Below are positions 43,748 through 59,138 of a stretch of 64,000 nt of DNA, piece after piece (within the stretch, counting starts at the first letter, position 1; every line of letters begins with the position of its first letter). Below the pieces are notes generated by a model, which had not been told where the DNA came from, ran no database searches, and saw nothing but the letters and a program-made list of their open reading frames with translations. The DNA lies in the NCBI GenBank assembly GCA_951406725.2, contig OX597831.1, positions 44,330,001 through 44,394,000 on the forward strand. Direction: 5' to 3'. The DNA comes from Octopus vulgaris (lineage: Eukaryota). The position numbers were made by a program, and so were the translations under genes.

Positions 43748-44590
43748 CAGGTGGCGAGCTGGCAGAACCGTTAGCACGCCGGGCAAAATGCTTAGCAGTA
43801 TTTAGTCTGCTGCTACGTTTTGAGTTCAAATTCCGCCGAGGTCGATTTTTCCTTTCATCCTTTCAGGGTCGATTAAATAAGTACCAGTTACGCACTGGGG
43901 TAGATATAATCGATTTAATCCGTTTGTCTGTCCTTGTTTGTCCTCTCTGTGTTTAGCCCCTTGTGGGTAGTAAAGAAACAGGTATTTCGTCTGCCGTTAC
44001 GTCGTGAGTTCAAATTCCGTCGAGGTCGACTTTGCCTTTCATCCTTTCGGGGTCGATAAATTAAGTACCAGTTATGCACTGGGGTCGATGTAATCGATTT
44101 AATTCGTTTGTCTGTCCTTGTTTGTCTCCTCTATGTTTAGCCTCTTGTAGGCAATAAAGAAATAAGAAACGTCAGCACGCCGGGCGAAATGCTTAGCGGT
44201 ATTTCGTCTTTCTTTATTTTCTGAGTTCAAATTCCACCGAGGTCGACTTTGCCTTTCAACTTTTCGGAGTCGATAAATTAAGTACCAGTTGCGTACTGGG
44301 GTCGATCTAATTGACTGGGCTCCTCCCCAAAATTTCGGGCCTTGTGCCTAGAACAGAAAATAATATACGGTCCTGCAAGGCGACGAGCTGGCAGAATCGT
44401 TGGCACGCCAAACAAAATTCATACCAGCATTTCGTTCGCCTTTACATTCTGAGTTCGAATCCCGCCGAGGACGACTTCGCTTTTCATCCTTTCGGAGTCG
44501 ATAAAATAAGTACCAGTTAAACCCTGGGGTTGATGTAATCTACTTACCCGCTGCCCCGAAATTTCTGGCCTTGTACCAAAATTTGAAATC
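43748..44590 (+). mobile_element. Multimeric SINE B followed by a monomeric SINE B
   Basis: Units at about 43813, 43997 and 44217 (after a partial head restart at 44167); new head at 44377. Confidence 0.9.
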
Positions 44591-44841
44591 GATATTATAT
44601 GTTCCTTTGTCTCTATTTAGATACCATAATGCTAGAAATATAAAAATTGAAAATAGATATTATAAATTATTACTATATAAAGTCGTTACGTATACACACG
44701 TGCGCGCGAGCGCACACTCAGGTACAACTAGCTTTCTTTAAGTTAGAGGATGTAAAATTCTGCTGTCTCTCATTAATTTATCACCTTTCAACTTTCCTGC
44801 TTACAAAGGCAAGTTCATCGTACTCTTTTTATCGATTATAC

Positions 44842-44904
<63 letters not shown>

Positions 44905-45036
44905 CATATTATATATATATATTTATATATGTATACTACATTATACATATATACTGGTGCCGCAGCATGACCGCAGCTGCATGGCTGAAACGAGTAAAAT
45001 AGTAAGAGTATGTATATATGTATATATACATATATT

Positions 45037-45101
<65 letters not shown>

Positions 45102-45527
45102 AAGGGTAAAAAACATTAATGATTTTATCAAGGGGTCAGCGCGGAAACAAAAACCTTATAGGTAAATTTTATAAATATTTTAATAATTATATACATAATT
45201 ATAACAAGGGATTAACTATAAGGGATTAACTAACTCGTGGAGAGGCTTATAGCCAATCCCTTATTATGATTATATTTAATTTTTAATATATATATATCAA
45301 ATACACACATACACTCAGAAACATACACACACAAAAACACACACATACAAACACACACACAAAAACATATATGTATGTATGTATGTATGTCTGCCTTTGT
45401 GTGTGTTTTTGTGTGTATGTGTGTGTGTGTGTGTCTGTGTGTGTGTAGGATTTGTGTGTATGCGTGTGTTTGTGTGTGTGTGTTTGTGTATGTGTGTTTG
45501 TGTGTGTTTGTGTATGTATGTGTGTGC

Positions 45528-45584
<57 letters not shown>

Positions 45585-45684
45585 CCATGTTGCGGGCTAC
45601 AGTTTTATTCATTTGGAGCTGAAATGTTGCGGAGAGGCTCCATTTTGCGAGGCGAAGGACATTATTCTGGTACTTTCTATCTTT

Positions 45685-46919
45685 ATTTGTTTCAGTCATT
45701 TGACTGCGGCCATGCTGGAGCAACGGCCACTACTCGAGCAAATCGACTCCAGGACTTATTCTTTGTAAGCCTAGTACTTATTCTATCGGCATCTTTTTGC
45801 AGAACTGCTAAGTTACGGGGATGTAAACACACCACCATCGGTTGTCAATCAATGGTGGGGAGGACAAACACAGACAAGCATATACATACATATATACGAC
45901 GGGCTTCTTTCAGTTTCCGTCTACCATATCCACTCACAAGGCTTTGATCGGTCCGAGGCTATAGTAGAAGACACTTGCCCAAGGTACCACGCTGTGGGAC
46001 TGAACCCGGAACCATATTGTTGGTAAGCAAGCTACTTACCACACAGTCCACTCCTGCGCCTATATTCATAGAAAAACTAAAAAAACACAATATTGTAAAC
46101 CGACAAATAATGCATTAGAACATAGGAAAAATTTAGTGATTGGTAGAATATTTCATTTTATAAGTAAGTTAGTACCTCTTTTTTTATCTTTATTTTACTT
46201 GTTTCAGTCATTGAACTACGACCATTCTGGGGCACAGCCTTGAAGTGGTAGTCGAGCAAATTTTGTTGAACTCCTAAGTTAAGAAGGTGTAAGCAAACCA
46301 ACATCGGTTATCAAGCCGTGACGGGAACAAACATAAACACGCAAGCACACACAAACACACACACACACACACACACAAACATACACACATACACACATAC
46401 ACACACATATATACATATAGTTGTATACATAACGGGCTTCCACACAGTTTCTGTCTACCAAATTCAAATCCATTCAGAAAGCATTGGTCAGAGCGCGACT
46501 TTTAGAAGACACTTGCCCATGGTGCTGCACAGAAGGACTGAAACCGAAACCACGTAAACTGCAAAGCAAGCTTCTTAACTACACAGCTATGTATGCACCA
46601 AAAAGCAAAAAAAAAAAAATACAAAGTATCAACTAGGTATCGAACCCTTATCGGATATTTTGAAAAGCAAGCATGCTCACCGTTACGCCACTATATAAAG
46701 CATCAGTTAATCTTTTATCTTTTTCTGGTTACAGTCATTAAACTGCGGCCATGCTGGGGCATCGCCTTGAAGAATTTTAGTTGAACTAATCGACCCCAGT
46801 ACTTGCTTTCTTTCTAAACTTTGTACTAATTCTATCGGTCTTTTTTGCCGAATCGCTTAGTTACGGAGACGTTAACACCTGTTGTCAATCGGTGTAGGGG
46901 GATAAACACACACACACGC

Positions 46920-46963
<44 letters not shown>

Positions 46964-47110
46964 GATGGGCTTCTTTCAGTTTCTCTCTACCAAATCCATT
47001 CAGAAGACTTTGGTCAGCTATAGTAGAAGACACTTGCCTAAGGTACCACACATTGGAACTGAACCCGGAATTATGTGGTTAGGCAGCAAACTTCTTATCA
47101 CCCAGTGATG
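45685..47110 (-). mobile_element. Three SINE family A copies (about 45685-46040, 46190-46590, 46715-47110)
   Basis: Similarity to the family consensus. Confidence 0.85.
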
Positions 47111-48246
47111 CCTACGGTTTTTCGGAAATTAAAAAGTACTTTTTTTTTGCCCGAAAATGAAATAAAAGAAAAACAAAGAAGAATTAAAGATTATTTTAGA
47201 TCTTATTTAGATCTTTTGTTTATTTGCTTGCATATTAAAATGTAGCTCAACTTAAACTATCTACTGAATCCCTTCGATGCAACCTAACAGAAAATTGTCA
47301 GCATCTTCTTAAATCAATTTAGTTAAAACATAGCGAATATACCGTTTGTTTTCGCTGTTACGAAACGTGTGGCACAGCTGCTAGTAAAATAGAAAACTAA
47401 TTTATTTCTCAGAATAATTTATTCTCTAACATATATAATTAGTCTACGAGGAAAGATTACGTGACGTACCATCGAATTTATAAGCTAATTAATTCGATGT
47501 AAATTAACATATATTTAAATTAAATTTAAATTTGTTGACGATTTTAAAAATCGAATGAAGACTGAGCGTATGATATATTTTGAAATTAAGGGGAAAACAC
47601 AGAATCAATGGCATCAAGGATTAAAATTGGTAAGTGTGAGGTTTCGTCTCTCAGTGGAATCTCATTTTTCTTTCCTTTAAATTAATTCTAAGTTATTACT
47701 ATGCAATTAATATACTACAACATTGTATTATAAAATTACCAGACAATCACCACCATATAGAATTTTACCTGTTTAATTAATATTTATTTATATTTAATAT
47801 TTATATTTATGTATGTATTATTCGGCTTTTGTTTGTTAGATTCTCTAAATAATTACATACTAAAGTTAAATTATCATTAGAAAATCTCTAAGAAATAATT
47901 TTATCACGAGGGTTTGGGCAAAACGTTTCGAGGCATTTCGCCTGTCTTGACGACGTTTTGAGTTCAAATTCTGCCGGGGCCGACTTTGTTTTTCAACCTT
48001 TCGGGGTCGATAAAATAAGTACCAGTTGCGCACTGGAGTTGATGAAATTGACTTACGCTCTCTCCCCCAGAATTGCTAGCTTTGTATCGAAATTTGAAAC
48101 CAGTATTGGACAAGGTGTATAATCGGTTAAATCGACTGCAGTATTTCACTGGTATTTACGCTACAGCCATGCAGACGTCGAAAAACTGTAAGGCAACGTC
48201 GATCCAGTGGGATTTGGCCTTATAATTTTAAAATGACACACACACA

Positions 48247-49866
48247 TTACAAGGGTGCAAAAGTGAGCATAACTTTTAACACAAAATCGAATCCTAGGGA
48301 GAAGGGTAATGCTGTGTGTTTCATACAATTTCATGGACCAAAATTACTGAATGGATCCCTATGATATTTGAAACTTAGTTTCAATGCATAAGGGCGGGTA
48401 TAATGCAATATGTTTGGTTTGAATTTCAGAAGGATTAAAGGGGACAGAACCCCCATGAAAATTCATCAATTTTCGATGTTGATGAAATTTCAACCATGGG
48501 TAATTGACACACATCAAGAAGTATTCTCAAAGTTTCCACTTCACATGAGGATTCTAAGACACCCTAATGGGGGCCTTAACTCACAAATTTTAGTCATTTC
48601 TTTTATGATCCAAAACTAAGTCAAAAGTACTGAATGGTTCTTTACGAAATTTGGAAATTATATTCTATGCATAAGGGCCACAACCCCCATGACAATTCAT
48701 ATATATTTGTTGTTGATGAAATTTTAACCATAGATATTAGATACAAATGAAGTAATATTTATAAAATTTCATCTTCTTACAAGTTAGAAAGACCACTTCA
48801 TGGGGACTTAACACCCACAATTTTGTCATTTTATCTAAGCAAAGACGAATAGTTGTCCTCTTGGAAGCTGTGGGGTCATCCGAGCATAGAAGATGAGCAT
48901 TATTTGTAATTCAATGGTACAACACTGTAACAGTTTGCTTTGACATACACTTAGATTGTGATTTCTGCAATGTGCTGCATAAATTGTCAAGTAAATGAGA
49001 GGCATCTTTGCCTCCACTGATTCAGTTGCAAAGTGTTGAGTAAAGTTATTTGATTGCAGATCTCCTTTCAGTCTTTTTATTATCACTGGGTCACACATAG
49101 TCACCACATGGTAACATTGATTTCAAGGCCTTCCCAGATGAGTAACTGGTTATTCAAAGACATTTTTAGATTGTATATTTATTCTGTCCAGTTACGTATC
49201 AGTATAGTGGTCATTTGCAAACTCCAACTTTCATTTCTCCTTAGCCCTCACGTCACACAGTTATTAATGTTTATTTCAGTTGGGTCACGCCCTTCCAATT
49301 GCTATAGATTCGTAAGGCATCTTACCGCTGTGCCTGTCACCTTGATGGTGAGGAATACTACAATGGGAGCGGTAACGACTAGGGTACTGTAGCTGACTGC
49401 TTATTGTGATCATTCGTCTTTTGGTTTCCTGTAGCTTTGCTCTCTTTTACAAACCCAGTGAACATATATTTCCTATTTCAAAGAAATTCAAACAATAGAT
49501 ATAAGACCCAAGTTAAAAAGATTCTCAACAATTCAACTTCTCTGGTTGACATTAAGATGCCCACCCCCAATAGGGGCGTTAATTCTCACATTTTAGAGCT
49601 CCATGACCTCCATTTTTCAGGAGCAAAATCCTTTTAATATGTTCAGTAAGACTGGAATTTTGGAATATGCGCATAAAAATCAATAGTATGGGAAACATAT
49701 GGCACGATTACAATTTTGTTTTGCTGTGTAAAGAGGGAAATAACCCTCATCTGCAATTTTGCTGAAATTTGAAACATAGGTATTCCAGTTCATTACAGAA
49801 AATATAACAGAAAAGTCTAATTCTTCAATTGTATGTAACTCGGGCAACGCCGGGTAACTCTGCTAG
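48247..49866 (+). mobile_element. Non-autonomous Helitron (5' boundary uncertain)
   Basis: 3' terminus ACTCGGGCAACGCCGGGT hairpin followed by CTAG|T; internal duplicated blocks (accccc-atga-aattcat..ttgatgaaattt-aaccat at about 48450 and 48685). Confidence 0.7.
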
Positions 49867-49923
<57 letters not shown>

Positions 49924-49942
49924 ATATATATATATAAGTATA

Positions 49943-50005
<63 letters not shown>

Positions 50006-50488
50006 CCTGAGGCTATAGTAGAAGACACTTACCCAAGGTGCAACGCAGTGACCACGCTGATGAATATATTCATCGTTCGAAACATTAAAAGTTAACCTTT
50101 TCCCATATATTGAGTACAATGGGTGGTGGAGGGACCGTTCAAGTCATTAATTCAGCACAGTGTCTGTAGCATTAAAGTATCTAAGATGCGAATCTGTTTT
50201 CTCTGGAATACGACACTAGTTCCATCTCTGGTAGATTTCTCGTCCATTTCCATTTTACCTGTTACCCCCTACCCCCTCACCAAAAAAAACGAGAGAAAAA
50301 ACGATGAAACTTTTGCAGTGAATTTGAACACATAACCTACGGATAGCGGGGAGTTCAATACTTTCTTTTTCCAATATACACTGAATACAATTTAATGAGG
50401 ACGAACGAACGAGGGATCCTATAAATGGTTGCTCAACTAGCAAGAAACAGCACCTAAATCTCCCTCATATTAGAAACTGCTCTCTTAA

Positions 50489-50710
50489 CTCTTTTGATAC
50501 TAACCCGGCCAAAACCGGCTCTGGCTCTGTACTATAAATGTCTTGTTTTCATAGGTTTTGAATTAAAATCTTCCACCAAACCTTAGTCACAATTTATGAT
50601 CCTAACAGTAGCTGAATCATAACTAAGTTATTTTACTAAATTCTTTGTTATATTTACAATTAATTGAAAGAAACTCAGAGCATCTCAAAATGGATACGGT
50701 AACGAAAGGG
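50489..50710. mobile_element. piggyBac-like MITE
   Basis: TTAA-CTCTTTTGATAC ... GGTAACGAAAGGG termini, degenerate. Confidence 0.6.
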
Positions 50711-50746
50711 AATAAGGAAAGGGTACATTAGATAATAAATATTCAT

Positions 50747-51066
50747 TGGCACTCCGTCAATTACGACGACGAGGGTTCTAGTTGATCCGGTCAACGAAAC
50801 AGCCTGCTCGAGAAATTAATTTGCAAGTGGTTGAGCACTCCACAGACATGCATACCCTTAACATAGCTCTCAAGGAGATTCAGCATGACACAGAAAGTGA
50901 CATGGCTGGCCCTTTGAAATACAGGTACAACTCATTTTTGCTAGTTGTGTGGACGGAAGCAACATGAAATAAAGCGTCTTGCTCAAGGACACAACGTGTC
51001 ACCGGGAATTGAACTCACGACCGTACGATCGTAAGCCGAATGCCCTAACCACAAAGCCACGCGCTT
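50747..51066 (-). mobile_element. SINE family D variant
   Basis: Matches 61831-62410. Confidence 0.85.
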
Positions 51067-51513
51067 TTATACAGATGATGTAGTCTTACACCAAAAAAAG
51101 ATGAGATGGCAGACAAGATGGTCACGGATGGAATACTTCTGATGCTAGGTCTGTGTTAGAAGATTATTTTGTAATGAAATATGGTAGGAGCTGTCAAGGC
51201 AATGGAGAGTCATTTGAAATGCTATTGTGTGTATGTGTGTATATATGTGAGTATATGTGTGCGTATACATGTATGTGTGTATGTATGCATGTATGTGCGT
51301 GTGTGTGTGTGTGTGTGGTTCTTAACAGTGTAACTCGAAGTAGATAAAGCCCGTGGGGACAACGTTTAACTTTATTTTTTACATGCAAAGGAATTTATTT
51401 TAACTCAAAATATTCTACAGAGATAAAGCTATTTTTCATAGCTTTATCTTCTTCGAGTTACACCATTAAAAACGATTCATTAAATATCTCTCGAAGTTTC
51501 TAAACTTCCTATG

Positions 51514-51667
<154 letters not shown>

Positions 51668-51747
51668 GTATGTATATATATATGGCGGTGTATATTAATG
51701 CATATACTTATATATATATATAAAGGGATGTATATTTATGCGTATAC

Positions 51748-51868
<121 letters not shown>

Positions 51869-53187
51869 AAAAGATATATGCATACAAGATATATATACAT
51901 TCATAAATACATACACACAAGCATGCGTTTACGGGTGCTTGTGTGTGTATGCATATATGCGCGCGTGTGTATACTCAGATACTAACAGATACACGCATAT
52001 GCACGGTGTTGCGCATGTGTGAATGTGTGCTTTCATTTGTTTTTTGTTGCTGTTGATTTTTGTTGTTGTTGTTGTTGTTGTTGTTTTACAATGTCAGCCA
52101 TTTTGTTCGGTAGTATTTCTTTTACGCCATTATCTTATTTCAGAAATTATAGAAAAAAAGAAGACTTAAATTTCGTATTTGTTTAGAATTCTTTAAGACA
52201 TGAAGACATAAGGCACACACACACGCACACAAACGATAAATAGAAAACAAATAGTTTAGGCTTATTTTGTATTTTGTCTTAATGTTTCCAGGGTTTTTAT
52301 TTGTTTCCACCTTCTTCGACATTTTTTTTTTTTTCCTTTTTCTCTTTATCATTTTGTCCAAAGACAGAAAAGTCTGAATTTTTCCACTGAACCGCTCGTC
52401 AAGTATGCAATATTCTATAATTACATTCTTTTAATCTTTGGATCGAGTGCATTCTGTTTGTGTTTGGACTTTTAAAATCTTCTTTGGATATCTCAGCTAC
52501 GTTGACACTGAGAGAGAAGCAATTTGTGTTTTTACTAAAAATAACCAACTCGGAATCACATATACATAACACTTCTTGTGAACAAATCTGTAAAGAAGTC
52601 TTGTTTCTTTGAGGTCTTATGCGTAACATCCGGACATATTACATACCATCGCGATTTCAGCTTCTTACATTTTGGCAACCTTAAAAATCTAGTTTTAGCC
52701 GGAAAAATTTTGGCGATTCTCCCATTTGGACTGGGATTCCAGTTTATCATTTCTTTTTATATTGGACCAAGAAAGAATTGTGACATCGACTCGCAATTTT
52801 CCGCATTGCTTTCCAGGAAATATCTACTTTCTAGTCAACGCTTGCTTTCGTAGCTTTCATCGGTCAAGGAAGGTTTGAACAACCAGGAAATATCTCATTT
52901 GAAGACAAACCAAACACAGTTTGGTACATCAAAAACAAACAAAAACATATATCAATTTCGTTTCGCATTTATGTCTTCGTTTGTCGTTGGCAGTCTCTGG
53001 TATTTTTATATGCTAAGTCTTTCATGAGACAAATACGATAGCATGTATGATGTAAGAAAAACGAAGAAAAAAAAAAGGTGACGAAATTACATAGAGAAGT
53101 TGTGTGACATCCAACCTTCACACAACATTCCAGTCGAACGACAAAATGGCAAATTTCTTCGCCACTGATGCTAGGGATCAGATGACC

Positions 53188-53562
<375 letters not shown>

Positions 53563-53868
53563 TAAAAAAAAAACACACTTCCGACTTGTAATAATAATTC
53601 CAGTAACTTTTTGGCAGAAACTCGACGTCCATTCTTATTCTCCAAAATATTCTACATGAAAAAAAAATGTAATGGAGGAGGGAAGGGGAGATTAATTGAA
53701 CATAGGTTGAAATGCTGGTTATTTACCTATTTAAGTGTGTATGTGTGTGCGCGTGTGCATGCGCTCGCGCGAGCGTTTGGACGTATTCATGTGAGTGTGT
53801 TTAAAATATATATACAATGTGCATACATATATATACATTTATATACACATATATGTATATTTATGTGC

Positions 53869-53911
<43 letters not shown>

Positions 53912-54013
53912 TGTAAGTATACACACACACATATAGATAGATATAGATATAGATATGGATATTTATATACATATATATATATATATATCATATATATATA
54001 TATATATATATAT

Positions 54014-54069
<56 letters not shown>

Positions 54070-54139
54070 CATATATATACAGACATACGTATATACATAC
54101 ACGTACATACAAGTATATGTATGTATATATATATATGTG

Positions 54140-54181
<42 letters not shown>

Positions 54182-54223
54182 TATGCATCTATATATATAT
54201 ACATGCATATATGTACATACATG

Positions 54224-54254
<31 letters not shown>

Positions 54255-54744
54255 ATGCATAAATTTATATATGTGTATGTGTGTGTGTGTAGACACATAT
54301 ATATGCGTTGTGGTGGTGGTGGTGTTGGTGGTGGTGGTGGTGGGTGGTGTTATTCTTCCCTTGTGACTGAGCTGTTGTGTATAATTTCAGCTAGGAATGA
54401 CTGGCCGATAATTTCGTCTCAAACTGCCAACAATTTTAACAATTCCGACAGTTTTTTTTTCTGTTTTTTTTCTCTCTCTCTGATTGTTATATTATTTATT
54501 TTTTTTTTTTTTTTTTAAAAAAGGGAGAAAAAATGGTAAAAGGAAAAGAAAGAAAAAAATAGTGAAAAACGAAATGTAAAAAGGCTCCAGCGAAGATCAA
54601 TATTGCTTCTTCTTCGTTATATGTTATGGAAAAGAAAGAACACACCGTTTCAAAATAAGTTTCCCTTTAATTCTTAACAAACATATGGAGTATATTTGGA
54701 TGATTTTATATTTAAGTTTTTTAATGAATCAAACAATACGTTTT

Positions 54745-54761
54745 TATCATCATTATTATCA

Positions 54762-54798
<37 letters not shown>

Positions 54799-54829
54799 AT
54801 AATAATAATAATAATAATAATAATATTAA

Positions 54830-54874
<45 letters not shown>

Positions 54875-54883
54875 GATTATTAT

Positions 54884-54950
<67 letters not shown>

Positions 54951-54993
54951 ATTAATATTATTATTATCATTATTATTATTATTAAGATTATTA

Positions 54994-55039
<46 letters not shown>

Positions 55040-55040
55040 G

Positions 55041-55103
<63 letters not shown>

Positions 55104-55188
55104 ATTAATATTATTATTATTATCATTATTATTATTATTAAGATTATTATCATTATTATTATTATTATTATTATTATTAAGATTATTA

Positions 55189-55220
<32 letters not shown>

Positions 55221-55347
55221 TTTACTATTATTATTATTATTATTATTATTATCATCATTATTATTAATATTAACATTATTATTATTATTATTACTATTAA
55301 GATTATTATCATTATTATTATTATTATTATTATTATTAAGATTATTA

Positions 55348-55384
<37 letters not shown>

Positions 55385-55400
55385 CATTATTATTATTATT

Positions 55401-55432
<32 letters not shown>

Positions 55433-55455
55433 TATCATTATTGTTGTTGTTGTTA
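54745..55455. repeat. About 700-bp (ATT)n array with recurring variant units
   Basis: Recurring ATTAAGATTATTATC and AATATTAAT interruptions. Confidence 0.95.
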
Positions 55456-55728
55456 TTAATTATTTCTGACTGCGGCCATGTTGAGACAACGCCTTGAAGG
55501 GGGGTTCAGCCGAACAAAATCAACCCCAGGATTTATGGGTCTTTTTAAAGTTTGGCATTTGTTGTTTTTTCTCTCTTTTGCCGAACTGCTAAGTTACGGA
55601 GTTGTAAACAAACCAGCACACCTTGTCGAGCGGTATTTGGGGGTTAGAAACACAGAAGTATAAGACACACACACTCACAACTCACACACTTACACACGCA
55701 CACACACACATACACACACACACCCACA

Positions 55729-55769
<41 letters not shown>

Positions 55770-55860
55770 AAATAAGGGTGAAAAAATTGGATATTAATTT
55801 AATAACATCAATTTAACACCAAGTGGTTTAGCGCATAAAAACTGGGATTCAATAAATATT

Positions 55861-56020
55861 AATACACAAATATAAGAGAGAATCCACTATGTGGACGCTT
55901 TTCCGCTAAAAATAGATCTGCAATGGTCTCAACCACCAGCAATTCTTGGTGGTTGAGACCATTGCGGATCTATTTTTAGCGCAAGAGCGTCCACATAGTG
56001 GATTCTCTCTTATATTTGTG

Positions 56021-56024
<4 letters not shown>
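55861..56024. repeat. 78-bp-arm hairpin in a (TA)n-flanked insertion (55768-56024)
   Basis: Arms 55861-55938 / 55947-56024, 8-nt loop, about 3 mismatches. Confidence 0.9.
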
Positions 56025-56072
<48 letters not shown>

Positions 56073-56143
56073 CGTGTATGTGTGTGTGTATATATATACA
56101 TCTATGTATATATATATGCACACAAACATACATCTATATTACA

Positions 56144-56212
<69 letters not shown>

Positions 56213-56215
<3 letters not shown>

Positions 56216-56600
56216 CGCAGGAGTGACTGTGTGGTAAGTAGCTTGCTTACCAACCACATGGTTCCGGGTTCAGTCCCACTGCGTGGCACCTTGGGCAAGT
56301 GTCTTCAACTATAGCCTTGTGAGTGGATTTGGTAGACGGAAACCGAAAGAAGCCCGCCGTATATATGTATATATATATATGTATGTGTGCATGTGTTTGT
56401 CCCCCACCCCCACCCCAACATCGCTTGACAACCGATGCTGGTGTGTTTACGATACCGTAACTTAGCGGTTCAGCAAAAGAGACCTATAGAATAAGTACTA
56501 GACTTACAAAGAATAAGTCTTGGGGTCGATTTGTTCGACTTAAGGCGGTACTCCAGCATGGCCGCAGTCAAATGACTGAAACAAGTAAAAGAGTAAAAGA

Positions 56601-56602
<2 letters not shown>
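56213..56602 (+). mobile_element. SINE family A, full length
   Basis: Complete head and tail. Confidence 0.95.
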
Positions 56603-56639
<37 letters not shown>

Positions 56640-56999
56640 ACTTCCGCACAATTTCCGTCTACCAAATTCTCTCACACAGCAGCATCGGCCCGGTGCTAGA
56701 GTAAAAGTCGTTTGACCAAGGTACCGTGAAATGGGACTGAACCAGAAGCCATGCAGTTACAATGTGACCTCCACCACAAAACCATGCCTACTCTTTATAA
56801 GCCGGGATGTAACTCTTGTGTTGTCGTTCGGCCCGTTAGAAACAACAGACAATTCTCCCGTCAAATCCTACTTTACAAAATAAGTAAAAAAAAAATTTTT
56901 AATAAAAAAAAAAGCAATCCTTGGTCAAACGTCTTCTACTCTAGCACCGGGCCGATGCTGCTGTGTGAGAGAATTTGGTAGATGGAAATTGTGCGGAAG

Positions 57000-57031
<32 letters not shown>

Positions 57032-57535
57032 TCTTTTACTCTTTTACTTGTTTCAGTCATTTGACTGCGGCCAGAATCAGACAGATGTCTCTTCAAATTC
57101 TGCTTTTAGGGATTTTGGAGAGAGTTTTTCAAAGAAGCCTGATCCCAGCTCTGGATTCAGTTTCGCTACATCGCATTTTGAGCAAATATACAAGAAATAA
57201 AAGGAATTCAAAAATCCAGGCACATATCTATAAAGCACTCAGTGTTAAACGAACTTGGTTAACTTATATCCAACAATCAGATACTAATGAATGCAAGTGG
57301 AATAAGCATCAGTCACAACCTGGGACCTTGAAGACTGGTATAACGCATGCAAGTATACTAGTCCCTTAATATTCGATATTTGATATTCAATTTTTTATCT
57401 ATTCAATAAGACAATCAATACTTTATTTCATTTTACTATATATATATTATTTATACTATATATTCTATATTCTACATTAATATTATAAACATTATAAATA
57501 AAACATAAAAAACAGACAGAGTTGGAATTTCTTTG

Positions 57536-57589
<54 letters not shown>

Positions 57590-57602
57590 CACATTGATAG
57601 AC

Positions 57603-57649
<47 letters not shown>

Positions 57650-57658
57650 GTAAGTATG

Positions 57659-57689
<31 letters not shown>

Positions 57690-57690
<1 letters not shown>

Positions 57691-58010
57691 CCAACCACAT
57701 GGTTCCGGGCTCAGGCTCACTTCGTGACACCTTGGGCAAGTGTCTTCTATAGCCTCAGACCGACCAAAGCCTTCGTATGTGTGCGTGTGTGTATATATGT
57801 GTGTGTGTATATATGTGTGTGTGTATGTGTTTGTCCCCACACACCACCACCATCGCTTGACAATCGATGTTGGTATATTTACGTCCCCGTAACTTAGCAG
57901 TTCACCAAAACAGATCGATAGAAAAGTACTAGACTTACAAAGAATAAGTCCTGGGGTTAATCTGTTAAATTAAAGGCAGTGCTCCAGCATGGCCGTAGTC
58001 AAATCACAAA
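57690..58010 (+). mobile_element. SINE family A, 5'-truncated
   Basis: Similarity to the family consensus. Confidence 0.8.
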
Positions 58011-58027
58011 CAAACAAACAAATAAAA

Positions 58028-58088
<61 letters not shown>

Positions 58089-58904
58089 TGTGTATGTGTG
58101 TATGTGCGTGTTTGCTTATGTTTCTATTGGCTTATCTTTATTATTCTATTTCTTCCTAATTATAATTATTTATAACCCTGATGATAATATTTAACTGTTT
58201 ATATTGTCAATTCGACCGCCTTGTATATAATAGTAATTCAAATTTTGACCTTATATACGATGCTAACAATATTTATAGGACATTGACGGTTATATGTTAT
58301 AAAAATTTCAATATACCTAGATGTTTTATAACAATAATTACGGATTTTCAAGCACTATTTCAACGAATGCATATCAGTATTATTACTCTATGTATTTACT
58401 TTATATATTTCTATCTATCTCCATCTACAATACTAAAAACAATATGACTTTTATTCGTCAATTCTCGTATATCTTTGTGCTTCTAATTTTTAATCTAATG
58501 TTCATATCTTTCTTGTTGATATCTATCCTTATATTTTGTAAACATTGTCTCTAAGAACTTTTATTTAGTTTCACTTTAATATTATTTTTTCTCTATCTTC
58601 CCGATCTTTTGTTTTCTAGGTTATTAATGATAAATACATGATTTTCCTATTCTTATGCCGAAATTATCTACTAATTACTTTTTAATATCTTACTAAATTT
58701 CCCTTCCCTTCTTTAGAAAACTGCCTTATTAATTTCTATTAATTTTATCCTTGTCTTCCATATTTTAAGGTATTTTTTTAGTATTGACTTCGCCTTCTTC
58801 AAGTGTTATGTCGAGGGATTATTTTAGATATGGATTTCTTTTAATTTGTAGAGATAGCTTAATATCTACATTAATACATTAATTTAAAGATTGTATATAT
58901 ATAT

Positions 58905-58948
<44 letters not shown>

Positions 58949-58949
<1 letters not shown>

Positions 58950-59097
58950 CGAGAGACATATATATTATGATAACATTTATCTTGCCACTGGAAATTCTTA
59001 TTGAACGACAACTGTTTCGTAGCTTAATAAAAAACATGTGTAGATAATTTATTTTATTATATTTTATTATAAGTAATTAATTACTTACATGTCTGCA

Positions 59098-59138
<41 letters not shown>

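Noticed and set aside
54674-55469. Poly-Ile ORFs of about 255 aa on both strands
   Set aside because: Translation of (ATT)n.
58170-58900. Possible decayed retroelement ORF with CTGATGA at 58178
   Set aside because: No recognisable protein motif, and the GAAA box is absent.
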